A DNA stretch of 63,965 nt, filler included, from an uncultured Myxococcia bacterium (GTDB lineage: Bacteria; CAZTWC01), in NCBI GenBank assembly GCA_964617105.1. It is 9 parts of 9 records of this genome, joined end to end, with 100 filler letters (N's around TTAATTAATTAA, not from the genome) between each part and the next. Parts side by side here need not be neighbours in the genome. Positions count along the whole stretch, not along the records: positions 30,012 to 37,381 come from CAZTWC010000183.1; positions 37,482 to 44,851 come from CAZTWC010000184.1; 7 more parts are not named here. One strand, written 5' to 3'. Shown one piece after another: positions 31,498 to 41,590 of the stretch (position 1 is its first letter; each line of letters opens with the position of its first letter). Below the pieces are notes generated by a model that saw nothing but the letters and a program-made list of their open reading frames with translations, ran no database searches and had not been told where the DNA came from. Both the position numbers and the translations under genes were made by a program.

Positions 31498-34400
31498 TTG
31501 AGCTGGAAACATTTTTTATTGGTTATATTGACCATTTTTACCTTCTCCTTAGTGGTGGCGGCTTGTGGTGGCGATGGTGATAGCACAAACGATGCTGGCA
31601 GCGGCGGGCAGTCAGACAACAGCGCAAATGATGGCAAAGATGGCGGGGCCAATGAAGACGACAGTGAAACAGTAGTCCATGACAGTTCCAAAGGTCCCTG
31701 TGAACCAAATCCTTGCCAGGATAAACATAAAACCATTTGTTCAAATGACAATGGCCAGGCAAACTGCTCCTGTGACCAGGATTTCAAAGATTATGGCCAG
31801 GGCAAGTGCCTGCCCAAAGACCCATGCACCAACGACACTAAGTGCAAAGGGGATAACCGCAAGTGCGAGAACGATAGTGGTTCGGCAAAGTGCGGCGGCT
31901 GCCTGGGCGGATTTCACCAGGATGGCAGTTCCTGTGTAAAAGATGAAGAGTGTCAGGCCAACACCTGCTCAGGTCACGGCCAGTGCGACCATAGCACCGG
32001 AGTGCCAATATGCTCCTGTGACCAGGAATATGACGGCCACAGCTGCGGCAAGTGTGCCACCGGCTATCACAATGATGGAACTGGAGTTTGCACCGATGAT
32101 GTCTGCAGACCTAATCCCTGCCAGGAGACCAACAGGGGAGTGTGCAGCAGTGACACTGGCCAGGCGGTTTGTAAGTGTGACTCTGGTTTTAAAGATAAGG
32201 GCGATGGTAAGTGTGTGGAGGATAAAAGTGATGAGAAATCGGTGCCAGCCACTGGTGGGCATCTCTCTTTTAAAAACAAAATAGAGATGGATATTGCTGC
32301 CGGCAGTCTTGGCAGCGCTACAAATATAACTACCGATATTGTTGAAGAGGAAGATGTTGATCAATCCACAATACCAGGGGGGAAAATATTTGCCGGTGGG
32401 GCCTCTTTTGGACCCCATGGCACCAAATTCGATAAACCAATCATTGTTAAGATCCCTCTTAAAATAAAGGGGGAGCCGGGCCAGTTTGTAACTGTTTTGG
32501 AAAAGAAACAAGATGGCTCATTATCCAAAAGCAAATTGAATGACGGTTGGTCAGAACCCGCTTTTTTGGATGAAACAGGCTTAAAAGCGATTGTTCAAAT
32601 CCAACATTTTTCATCGCGAGTGATCTTGTTTGAAGACCCAGTTTTATTTGAAAGCATCCCCTGGGAGCAGTCGCTGGAGTTGGAAGTGCTGCAAAACAAT
32701 TCCAAACCATATAAAAGAGCGTACAAAGATATTGCCACCGGTAAATACGATCTTCAGAAAGCCCTGGCTGCTGCTAAAAAAGAGAAAATAACCTTTAAAA
32801 TCCCCCCTTATCTGGATCTGGAAAAATTTGCTCAAGATCTTCAGGTAAATCTAGTCTCTCGTGATGCCACTACCGGTGGAACCGCAGTTGATGCGCCAAA
32901 GTATTATAGCCCATTTTCCTCCTCGATTTGCGATTTTCACAAACGCCGTATTGCCTATATACAAGTTCTGGCCCGGTTGATGATGCAAACAGGGTTAACA
33001 GGTGATAAACGGCTGCATAACCGTTACAAAAGTGCAAAAAGCAAGTTGGCAATGGCCAATAAGGTTGCTGATATCAACTCTCTTTTATTGACTTTGAATG
33101 ACAGCGCCATGACTGCTTTAGCCGGGCGGATTGGTGCCATGACAAGTTATGCTGAAAAAAGTGTTAAAGTGGGTAATGAACTGCACTCTGCTGTAAAAGT
33201 GGTGATTGCCAACGCCTTAATTAGAGAAGAGATAGAAAATCGTTTTCTCCATTTAAAAAGCGTGGTTGAAATAACCGATCTTTATGGTGATGAAGCACTT
33301 ATAGAGGCAATGGAAAAAGTGCGCCAGAAAATAATCGCCCGATTTTCTCTAATAGAGGAGGGAGTTATTGGGGCAATAAAATCGGGAAATAATTCGTTAA
33401 AAGACCTGGCCATTGATATGGGCACAGGAATTTTATTGAAATCAACAATAAAATGGATAATAGGACACTCCACTCCGATTAGTGCGGTATCTTTAATCAG
33501 TGCAGCGTCGATGATAGAGTTTTTTCCGGCCAAAGAACGGGAAATACTGCTCCAATACAGGTTAATATTGATGGCAACCCTTGACCATGAAGTATTTAAG
33601 AGTTTTAACTCCTATAAAACCTTCAAAAGTCAATGGAAATCGTTGTCAGACAAGGATAAATCATTAGTCCAGATGCGAATATATTTGGGCAAAATGTTTA
33701 ATGGTGATTATGACAAATTTTTACGGAAAGAGGGGATAGAGGCCCGAATTGTCAAGCTTTTCAAGGAACTCTTTAGCGGCAAACCGGCGGAGAAGAAAAA
33801 GGTAATGGCCTTTAGCGCCCGCACTTCATTAAAATACGAAAAAGCCCTTTTGGTCATAGGCCAAAAAGGTACAACCGACTACCTGGCTGTAACTGCTCCA
33901 TATGAGAATTACTACAAACCATCAGATAAACTGTTAATAAACGCAGTTGGTGTGTCGTTGACAATAAAAAATATTGAAGTGAAGCTAGATGGTCAACTGA
34001 TTGGCACCACTTTGTTGAAAGATGGTGTGGGTTATGTTGTGGAAGATTACCATCTTCAAGGCTTGTCCGGTGGAACTCATAATATCCTTTTAACCATGGG
34101 CTCCCAACAAGAGGAGATGATTTTTAAGATTTTAGCCAATTACATTGATACTGATCAAGATGGAGTCCATAACCATTTAGATCCTGATGATGATAACGAT
34201 GGCCTGGCAGATGGACTGGAGACAAACAATTATCTAACCAATTCTCTACTGGCTGATACTGATAATGACGGTCTTTATGATGGCGAGGAGGTTTATATTT
34301 ATAAAACTCAGCCTCTGGTTGAAGATTCTGATAATGATACTTATGACGACTTGACAGAGGTATCATTTAATAGCGATCCAAAGGACAAAAATTCAATTCC

Positions 34401-36333
34401 AACCGAGAGCAAGTTTGCTAAAACCGGATTGCCAGCCGCCTTTGTCTCCCATCATTTCGCCTATAACAGTAAGGTCTCCCAGACAAGGGATTTTTGTCAA
34501 TTTCTCTTTCAAAAAGGGATAAAAGAGGTGTACCTGAAGGTGGGCATGATTGGTGCCAACGGAAAAAAAATCGGAGAAGACAGCGACAACGATGGGTACA
34601 TAGACAATACAGTTTTCTCCTATGGCACAAATATTGAACATTTTCGAAATTCATGTAAAAAGGTAGGGATTTCAACCTATGCCTGGATAACAGGCAAGAG
34701 CACAGATGATCCAGGCGATCCAGGCAAGTTGGATTATTCTAAATGGCAAAGTAACATTGCTGGGACAATAATAGCTCTGTTATCCTACTACCCTTTGGAT
34801 GGTGTCCTTCTGGAGATTGGACCAATAGGGACAAAGGGTGTTTATTCCCAAAATCAGGAGGGTAGTTTTTTAAAACTTCTAAAAAATTTAGAGCACAACC
34901 TGACACTGAACAACCTGTCAAACAAGAAAATAGGCGTGGTGACCAACAAATACCGATTGTTAAATGGCAAAGAGAGTGTTTGGTTTTGGGATAAAGTCCA
35001 TTTTGAAAAAGTGGCTCAATATGTCCACCGATTAGTTATGCCTATCAATCACTATGGGTACAATGGATTTAGTGAGTTGGTAGGTGACTCTCATTTCCAG
35101 AAGGATTTCAAAGGATTTTCACCGCTAAAATTTACCAGTAAATTCCACTATATCCGAGCAATAAGCAAAACAATGAGGGATCTATCTGCCACTTCAGGAG
35201 TGCAGGAAAAGCTGTTTTTATCAGTCATGTCTGAGGCTGGGCAAAGTAACAGCTATCATACTGAATATGAGACTCTGAAAAACGCTGTTGATGCACTATT
35301 GTACCTTCCCGGCAGCCATAAACCCTCTGGTATGGCACTGTTTAAAGTCCTTGATGACTCAACACCTGGACAAAGCCAATGGGATCAATTTTTAAAGATA
35401 TTTCCAGCACGGGACTGCACCGACCAGGACGGCGACGGATACGGCGAAGGGGTGGACTGCCTGGGGACGGATTGTAACGATAAAGACAAGAATTATGATG
35501 ACAATTGTCCTTGTCTTCATCCAACAGTAACTAAATCGTGCACCAATGGCTGGTGCACGATTCCCAGGGGATGTTCAACCATGGGCAGCCCGTACGAAGA
35601 GGGTGGACGTTATGCCATCGAGCATCCCCATCAGGTGAGGTTGACCTACGATTTCGAAATCCAGTCCACTGAGGTGACCCAGGGTCAGTTTAAGGCGCTT
35701 ATGGGCTACAATAACAGCTCTTTCTCATCCTGTGGAGATGATTGTCCGGTGGAGCAGGTCGCCTGGTACGAGGCCATAGCCTATTGCAATGCTCTATCAA
35801 AAAGCAAAGGTTATGAGGAGTGTTTTGAGTGCACCAGCAATGGCTGGATGTTGAATGACTGTAAATTGAAATCCAGGTTCAGTAAACCACAGGAGTGCAA
35901 AGGCTATCGTTTGCCCACCGAGGCGGAGTGGGAATATGCTGCCCGGGCTGGAACGGTTACGGCTTTCTATAATGGTGATATATACACTGATTATGATAAT
36001 TGCAAAATGGAACCCAATCTTGACAAAATCGGCTGGTATTGTGGGAATTCAGGTGACAAGACTCACAAAGTAGGCCAAAAGCAGGCCAACTCCTGGGGAT
36101 TGTATGACATGAGTGGTAATGTTGAGGAGTGGGTGTGGGATAGGTTTAGCACTAGTTTAGGAGTTGATGCAACTGATCCTGTAGGGCCATCAAGTGGCTC
36201 GAACCGGTTTGTTCGCGGGGGCAGTTGGAACTCCGGTGCCGTAGAGTGCCGCCTGGCATTTCGTATGGGCCTATTCCCCAGCGTTATAGAGAGAAACCTG
36301 GGCTTTCGCCCTTGTAAGACGCTCGGGAATTAA
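31498..36333 (+). CDS. Large multidomain lipoprotein: EGF-like repeats, ZU5-like domain, helical region, TSP3-like Ca-binding repeats, degenerate GH18-like barrel, MopE-like repeat and C-terminal FGE-sulfatase (CLec) domain
   Basis: Lipobox VAAC; Cys-rich CSGHGQC/CKCDSGF; GPHGTKFDKPI..QHFS; DTDQDG/DTDNDG; LDGVLLEIGP; DQDGDGYG..DCND; YRLPTEAEWEYAARAG, NSWGLYDMSGNVEEWVWD, RGGSW, GFRP. Confidence 0.85.
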   Translation: MSWKHFLLVILTIFTFSLVVAACGGDGDSTNDAGSGGQSDNSANDGKDGGANEDDSETVVHDSSKGPCEPNPCQDKHKTICSNDNGQANCSCDQDFKDYGQGKCLPKDPCTNDTKCKGDNRKCENDSGSAKCGGCLGGFHQDGSSCVKDEECQANTCSGHGQCDHSTGVPICSCDQEYDGHSCGKCATGYHNDGTGVCTDDVCRPNPCQETNRGVCSSDTGQAVCKCDSGFKDKGDGKCVEDKSDEKSVPATGGHLSFKNKIEMDIAAGSLGSATNITTDIVEEEDVDQSTIPGGKIFAGGASFGPHGTKFDKPIIVKIPLKIKGEPGQFVTVLEKKQDGSLSKSKLNDGWSEPAFLDETGLKAIVQIQHFSSRVILFEDPVLFESIPWEQSLELEVLQNNSKPYKRAYKDIATGKYDLQKALAAAKKEKITFKIPPYLDLEKFAQDLQVNLVSRDATTGGTAVDAPKYYSPFSSSICDFHKRRIAYIQVLARLMMQTGLTGDKRLHNRYKSAKSKLAMANKVADINSLLLTLNDSAMTALAGRIGAMTSYAEKSVKVGNELHSAVKVVIANALIREEIENRFLHLKSVVEITDLYGDEALIEAMEKVRQKIIARFSLIEEGVIGAIKSGNNSLKDLAIDMGTGILLKSTIKWIIGHSTPISAVSLISAASMIEFFPAKEREILLQYRLILMATLDHEVFKSFNSYKTFKSQWKSLSDKDKSLVQMRIYLGKMFNGDYDKFLRKEGIEARIVKLFKELFSGKPAEKKKVMAFSARTSLKYEKALLVIGQKGTTDYLAVTAPYENYYKPSDKLLINAVGVSLTIKNIEVKLDGQLIGTTLLKDGVGYVVEDYHLQGLSGGTHNILLTMGSQQEEMIFKILANYIDTDQDGVHNHLDPDDDNDGLADGLETNNYLTNSLLADTDNDGLYDGEEVYIYKTQPLVEDSDNDTYDDLTEVSFNSDPKDKNSIPTESKFAKTGLPAAFVSHHFAYNSKVSQTRDFCQFLFQKGIKEVYLKVGMIGANGKKIGEDSDNDGYIDNTVFSYGTNIEHFRNSCKKVGISTYAWITGKSTDDPGDPGKLDYSKWQSNIAGTIIALLSYYPLDGVLLEIGPIGTKGVYSQNQEGSFLKLLKNLEHNLTLNNLSNKKIGVVTNKYRLLNGKESVWFWDKVHFEKVAQYVHRLVMPINHYGYNGFSELVGDSHFQKDFKGFSPLKFTSKFHYIRAISKTMRDLSATSGVQEKLFLSVMSEAGQSNSYHTEYETLKNAVDALLYLPGSHKPSGMALFKVLDDSTPGQSQWDQFLKIFPARDCTDQDGDGYGEGVDCLGTDCNDKDKNYDDNCPCLHPTVTKSCTNGWCTIPRGCSTMGSPYEEGGRYAIEHPHQVRLTYDFEIQSTEVTQGQFKALMGYNNSSFSSCGDDCPVEQVAWYEAIAYCNALSKSKGYEECFECTSNGWMLNDCKLKSRFSKPQECKGYRLPTEAEWEYAARAGTVTAFYNGDIYTDYDNCKMEPNLDKIGWYCGNSGDKTHKVGQKQANSWGLYDMSGNVEEWVWDRFSTSLGVDATDPVGPSSGSNRFVRGGSWNSGAVECRLAFRMGLFPSVIERNLGFRPCKTLGN

Positions 36334-36407
36334 TCAAAGTCCCGTTTGATTATTTCCAGCTCTTTATTATCCAGCCCATTGAAAGGAATGGGCCAAGGCA
36401 ATTTCCT

Positions 36408-36520
36408 GTTCGCCGTGTAGTGAGAGATAGTAGTAATGTGGCAACATATTGCTGTAAGAATATCTGACAAAGTCGGTATAGCCGGCGACACGAAAGTGCA
36501 GTCCGTAACGAAAGTGAACC
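36408..36520 (+). mobile_element. Probable group II intron 5' (domain I) fragment
   Basis: Starts GTTCG (GUGYG-like). GNRA-capped stems AGTAATGTG-GCAA-CATATTGCT and CAC-GAAA-GTG, hairpin GTCGGT-ATA-GCCGGC, and AACGAAAGTGAACC, which I recall from bacterial group IIB intron domain I. Confidence 0.55.
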
Positions 36521-36873
36521 TATATTTATCAAACTAAAGTTCAGAAAATTGGAAAATAAGAGGAAAAATATTGAATGTTCACAGATAATTCTTTAAAAGT
36601 TGAGTTCTGACCCTTAACCAATAAAGAAAATTATCCATGAACAATGATTTTGTAGACCAATTTTCAAAAAATATCAAATTAAATTATACATCTTTTGACC
36701 GGGTTATTATCAGAGGTTATATTCTCCCGTTTTTTTCTCTGGGCAGCATTGTCAACTATTTGAAGGCTATAGGGTATAAAAAAAGCCATCATGGTATTAT
36801 GCGAATACTAACAGACCAACTTAATGCCCATATATCAAAAGAGGCGGCTAAAAGTGATATACTTACTGCTTAA
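36521..36873 (+). mobile_element. IS-like element end with truncated putative transposase (36637-36873)
   Basis: N-terminus ...YTSFDRVIIRGY matches a putative transposase family I recall as much longer. It ends after 78 aa where a second element begins. Confidence 0.5.
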
Positions 36874-36896
36874 TCATCAAACAAACTTATTTTCGA

Positions 36897-37381
36897 TTGG
36901 AATCTCACATGCGGAATATACCCCATAGTTTCAGTTCATTATACCTTTGCCTATCATTCCTGTTAAAAACTGTCGTGCTAGCCGCCACCTGGGCCGGCAT
37001 GGCCCGAAGAAAAGCATTGAAAAAAATTGCCGCCAAGTCCATTGACGAAAAAGAGAAGGAAATCATCTTTCTCAGAGAGAAGGTTTTTGAACTGAAAACC
37101 CAGGTATCCATTCTCCAGAAACAGTTGACAAAAGATGGCTCAAAATCAAATTCAAACTTAAACCCTAAATACACTCTCCAGGAAAGACTTCTCATCATTT
37201 GGCATATGGAATATTTCCAGATTCCCAGAAGCAAAGTGACCAGTTATTTTGGTATTGCCAAATCAACTCTCTATCGATGGTTGAGAAAAATCGATAACCA
37301 TACCCAGAGCATATACCGGGAACCTGTCAACAAAACACCGGTTGAAATAGCCCATCTGGTATTCGAAATAGCCAGAGCGAA
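36897..37381 (+). mobile_element. Putative transposase/integrase-core family N-terminus (coiled coil plus HTH), cut by gap
   Basis: EIIFLREKVFELKTQVSIL, YTLQERLLI, YFGIAKSTLYRWL, TPVEIAHLVFEIARA. Confidence 0.55.
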
Positions 37382-37564
37382 NNNNNNNNNNNNNNNNNNN
37401 NNNNNNNNNNNNNNNNNNNNNNNNNTTAATTAATTAANNNNNNNNNNNNNNNNNNNNNNNNNNNNNNNNNNNNNNNNNNNNGCTGGAAAAAAATCCGCCT
37501 CTGACACTTTCTTGTTCTGGTGGTTCGGTTATTTTCATTACTATTCTCGCTGTTTATTAAGATG

Positions 37565-38788
37565 TTATCGTGGATTTTTGGCTATTACCATAGCAATAGC
37601 CATGGCGGCTATCCCTTTTTCTTCACCTTCCCAACCCAGTTTTTCGGTGGTGGTGGCTTTAATGTTGATTAAAGAGTTATCAATTTCTAGCCGCTGGCCC
37701 AAATTCTCCTTCATATCTTCTATATACGGTGCAATTTTGGGCTGTTGGCAGATAACGGTTAAATCTGCCTGAAGGGGAGCAAAGCCCAGGTTTTTTAGCA
37801 GAGAGACCACCCGAACCAGCAGGATAAGGCTGGAGATCCCCTGGTATTCATCGCTGCTATCGGGAAAATGTTGGCCTATATCGCCAAGTCCTGCGGCTCC
37901 CAGCAGGGCATCGCACAGAGAGTGGGTAAGCACATCGGCGTCTGAATGTCCCGCTAGCCCCAGGTGATAGGGGATGGTAACCCCGCCTAAAACCAAATCT
38001 CGTTTTGGAGCGAAGGGATGGACATCGTATCCCTGGCCCACTCGCGGAAAGTTGATTTGCGGGGTGAGACTTTCCAAATCTTTAGCAAAAGTTATTTTAA
38101 GGTTTTCTCTTTCTCCTTCGAAAATATAAACCTGCTTTCCCATAGCCTCGATTAGCATGGCTTCGTCAGTGACCAATTCCCGTTTTTTGCCAGAGTAGAA
38201 CTGTTCAAAACCTTCTATCAGCCAACTCAAATTGAAACTCTGGGGAGTTTGAATAGCATATACGCCATTGCGGTCAATGGTTTCAATCACCAAATTATCG
38301 GTATCCACCCGTTTAATGGTATCGGAAATTTTCAATCCGCAGGTGGCGGCGCCGTATCGAACCCCATATTTTACCGCGGTTTTGAACAAGTCCATAGTTG
38401 CGTTGGGCCGGGCGCCATCGTGAATAACCACCAGTTCCACATCGGGATCCAGACGGGTTATTCCTTTGTAAACCGAGTCGAAACGTTCTTCGCCCCCTTC
38501 CACCACCATAACCTGATCCCTGGGCACCTGGAATTGAGATAAGATATTATCGGTTTCCTCTATCATTCCCGGGGTAACCACCACCACAATACTGTGGAAC
38601 AATTGGCTGTTTATCATGGTGAAAAGCGAGTGTAAAAATAAAGGCTTGCCCTGGTAGGAAACAAATTGCTTGGGCTTATTGGAGCCAAATCGAGTGCCCT
38701 TTCCAGCGGCTGCTAAAATGGCGCTTATTTTTCCGGTAAATTCTTGCATCACACAACCTGTTTTCAAACTACTGTTTAACCCAATCAA
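37565..38788 (-). CDS. ispDF: Bifunctional IspD/IspF
   Basis: AAGKGTRFG..KPKQF, GGEERFDSV, IHDGARP, QTPQ, NLKITFAKD (IspD). GQGYDVH, GHSDADV, GDIGQHFPD, KATTTEKLG (IspF). Confidence 0.96.
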   Translation of the reverse strand: MIGLNSSLKTGCVMQEFTGKISAILAAAGKGTRFGSNKPKQFVSYQGKPLFLHSLFTMINSQLFHSIVVVVTPGMIEETDNILSQFQVPRDQVMVVEGGEERFDSVYKGITRLDPDVELVVIHDGARPNATMDLFKTAVKYGVRYGAATCGLKISDTIKRVDTDNLVIETIDRNGVYAIQTPQSFNLSWLIEGFEQFYSGKKRELVTDEAMLIEAMGKQVYIFEGERENLKITFAKDLESLTPQINFPRVGQGYDVHPFAPKRDLVLGGVTIPYHLGLAGHSDADVLTHSLCDALLGAAGLGDIGQHFPDSSDEYQGISSLILLVRVVSLLKNLGFAPLQADLTVICQQPKIAPYIEDMKENLGQRLEIDNSLINIKATTTEKLGWEGEEKGIAAMAIAMVIAKNPR

Positions 38789-40077
38789 ATCTGGTAATCA
38801 GCCAGAAAATCTTTTTCATCGATCTCCTGGTATTCAAAGCCATCTATTTTCAGGTCGCCGGAAGCCGGTGGAGCCACCACCATTATGCTGGTATCGGTAG
38901 GGTTCACATCTTTTAAGGCATCCAGCAGGTTTTGGTCAGACAGATCCTCTATTTTGTTAATATAATTGTCAGCATCAGTGGAGCCTGCCTCCAGGTTAAA
39001 GATTATCTCTTTTACCTTCATATTCAATCTCTGTTCAATGGTTTCCAGAGAAAATGGATATGAGCGGGCTACACCTTTTTTACCACTGGCGAATTTTTTC
39101 TTCAACAGATCTCCGGAAGCAAATTCCTGCCAGATTTTATCCATCTCTATCATTCCCCGCCGGGTGGAATCGGGCACTGGGTCAGCCACTCCCATGAGCA
39201 GCGATAAGTCCAGATAATCGGACAGGTAGAAGGCTCCGACTGAATAGCCAATACCCTTTTCGCTGCGGATTTGATTGAACACTTCCTCCCCAAACAGGGT
39301 AAAGAGCACATGATAACTGTAATGATAGGGGTGGCTGAGAGGCTGTCCCCCGCTGTATATAACCAGCCGGGAGCCATCCAGCCCGTTTTTGCGCAGCACG
39401 GTAACTTTTCGGCCCCAGCCGGTATTTACCAAAGGCGCTTTAAGCGGAGTTATTTGGCCGGGCGGGGTTTTTTGCTGGAGAAAATCTTGCAATTTTTCCA
39501 TAATGGCTGGTTGATCCGATATAAGGGCGGCAGTAATATTGTCCTGCACCAGGCAGTTGGCGTGACTGGTTTGCAGCGATTCCCTGGAGATTTCCCTAAT
39601 AGACTCCAGGTTGCCAATTTTTCTTGCCCCAAAGGGATGGCCAGCAAAGACCCGTTTAAAAAACTGATCCCAGATCAGATTGGACGGTTGATCTGGCAGG
39701 TTTTGTAAGTGATTGATAAGAATATTTTTTTGAACATCCAACTCTTTTTCTGGGAAGGCTGGGTGAAATAGCAGTTTCTCTAAAAGTCCGCTGTCAAGGA
39801 TTTGCTGAAAATACCTGGATAGAAATTTGATGTCTATCAGGGAATATTCTTTGTGGCACTGAGCGTAAAAGGAGAAACCGTACAATTCCATTTGCCGGGA
39901 CAACTCCCTTTTGTCCACCAGGTTGCCTTGCTGGTCATAAATCCCTTTGTCCCACATCTCCATCATCATGTTGGTGGTGCCTGGCAGAAAATGTAGGTCT
40001 TCCAATTGTCCGCTTTTGAGCACCAACTTGATAGCGGTAACCGGAATTAAACTGTTTATCTCGCTGATAAATATCAT
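38785..40077 (-). CDS. M16 peptidase family, non-catalytic partner subunit
   Basis: M16 pattern (GHPFG, IRSEKGIGYSV) without HxxEH. Start moved to ATG 40077, which has RBS AAGGAG. Confidence 0.8.
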   Translation of the reverse strand: MIFISEINSLIPVTAIKLVLKSGQLEDLHFLPGTTNMMMEMWDKGIYDQQGNLVDKRELSRQMELYGFSFYAQCHKEYSLIDIKFLSRYFQQILDSGLLEKLLFHPAFPEKELDVQKNILINHLQNLPDQPSNLIWDQFFKRVFAGHPFGARKIGNLESIREISRESLQTSHANCLVQDNITAALISDQPAIMEKLQDFLQQKTPPGQITPLKAPLVNTGWGRKVTVLRKNGLDGSRLVIYSGGQPLSHPYHYSYHVLFTLFGEEVFNQIRSEKGIGYSVGAFYLSDYLDLSLLMGVADPVPDSTRRGMIEMDKIWQEFASGDLLKKKFASGKKGVARSYPFSLETIEQRLNMKVKEIIFNLEAGSTDADNYINKIEDLSDQNLLDALKDVNPTDTSIMVVAPPASGDLKIDGFEYQEIDEKDFLADYQI

Positions 40078-40099
40078 CTTTGCTCCTTTGGTGCAGGCG

Positions 40100-41590
40100 T
40101 TACCGTTGGCTGACCTGGTCGAACATCCCCTTGTGCAGTGGTTCACCTTTGGTTAGCACCCCGCAGACCCTTTGTTTGGGGATCAGGTACTTTTGGGCTG
40201 CCCGCTTAACATCTTTTGGGGTAACTTGCTGAAGTTGATCGATAAACTTGAAGTAATAAAGAGGGTTGCCGCCACTGCCGATATAGTATTCGCCCAAAAG
40301 AGAGGCCAGGGAAGATACCTTTTCCATCCGCTGGTAGCAAGAGAGGAGTATCTTGTTTTGTACCCTGGTAATATCTTCTTGGCTCACCAATTCGGTTTGA
40401 TATTTTTGGGCTAGTCGATCCATTATTTCTATGACCTGGCTGGCGTTTTTTCCTTTGTTCATATCCACGAAAAAGAAGATATGCACCGGGTATTGGGTAT
40501 AGGGATAAAAATAGTAGTAACTGGAGGCCAGTTTGCCGTCCACCAGAATTTTTTCGAATTCCGAGGCACTGCCCTGGGCGATCAAAGCAGATAGGATCGA
40601 CAGGGCAGGTCTTTCCCGGGCGGAAAAAACCTCATCTCCTGCAAGTTGGTTGAACTGGTTGAATTGATGGTTATATGCTTCAGTAAGCCCTGGTGCCAGG
40701 TAACCAATGACGATTTTTTCCGTTTTTACATGGTGAGGCACGCTAAAAGAGATCTCTTCTTTGGGCAAAGGTTCCGCCGGGCAGTTGGGGAACTTTAATT
40801 CCATCTCGTTTTGATAATGGCCGTAATACTTGTGGGTCAGGTTCAGAAGTTTATCTCTATCCACTTTGCCGATAACTAAAATAGCGGCATTTTGAGGCGA
40901 ATAAAAGCGTTTATAAAAGATATTACAGTCAGCCACCGATATTTGTTTCAGGTCATCCAACAGACCTATGGTGTCGTATTTGTATGGATGAGTTTTCATG
41001 GACCGTTGGCTGAAATAGTAAAATAAGGCCTGAGAAGGGGTGTCTAGCAGGCGGGAAAATTCAGTGAAAACCGCATTTTTTTCGGTTTCCAGCAATTCTT
41101 GATCTATATCCAGGTATTTCATCCGCAGAGATTCCACCTCCATCACTTTTTCCAGGCTCTGGGCTGGGGCGCTTACATAGTAATTTGTGCGGTCATTCCA
41201 GGTAGTAGCATTAATGCCGGTTCCGCCTAATTCCCGGAAAACATTCCAGATATCCCCGGTTTTTAATTGCATCATCACCTTTCCCTGCTCATCTCGCCGG
41301 GTGAACTGCCGGAACATCATGTGCTCGAAAAGATGCGCTATCCCCCTGATGCCATCCGCCTCGTGTACCGACCCCACCCGGTAATAGGTGCGAAAGTGGA
41401 ATAAAGGCAGGTCGGTTTCCAGGTAATATAGTTTGAGACCGTTGGTAAAAGTATATTCCTCCAGATTTAAATCCATTTGATGATCTTGCCCCTCCATCAA
41501 AGGCCTGGTATCAAAGGAGGCAATACTGTCTATTTTGTGGATATATTGGTTTTTATTATCTGTCATAAAGATTCCTGTTCCTATACTCAT
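40100..41590 (-). CDS. M16 zinc peptidase, catalytic subunit
   Basis: YRVGSVHE, GIAHLFEHMMF, NATTWNDRTNY, FYKRFYSPQNA. Confidence 0.92.
   Translation of the reverse strand: MSIGTGIFMTDNKNQYIHKIDSIASFDTRPLMEGQDHQMDLNLEEYTFTNGLKLYYLETDLPLFHFRTYYRVGSVHEADGIRGIAHLFEHMMFRQFTRRDEQGKVMMQLKTGDIWNVFRELGGTGINATTWNDRTNYYVSAPAQSLEKVMEVESLRMKYLDIDQELLETEKNAVFTEFSRLLDTPSQALFYYFSQRSMKTHPYKYDTIGLLDDLKQISVADCNIFYKRFYSPQNAAILVIGKVDRDKLLNLTHKYYGHYQNEMELKFPNCPAEPLPKEEISFSVPHHVKTEKIVIGYLAPGLTEAYNHQFNQFNQLAGDEVFSARERPALSILSALIAQGSASEFEKILVDGKLASSYYYFYPYTQYPVHIFFFVDMNKGKNASQVIEIMDRLAQKYQTELVSQEDITRVQNKILLSCYQRMEKVSSLASLLGEYYIGSGGNPLYYFKFIDQLQQVTPKDVKRAAQKYLIPKQRVCGVLTKGEPLHKGMFDQVSQR

Noticed and set aside
36350..36386. 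Sequence ending ATTGAAAG resembling a CRISPR repeat 3' end
   Set aside because: Single copy with no spacer-repeat periodicity; better explained as part of a hairpin.
31498..36520. Complete DGR cassette
   Set aside because: No reverse transcriptase, avd or AAC-rich template repeat is visible in the window. Only target-like features are reported.
37482..37538. Start of a gene downstream of ispDF (MKITEPPEQESVRGGFFS)
   Set aside because: Only 19 codons before the gap, so it cannot be assigned.
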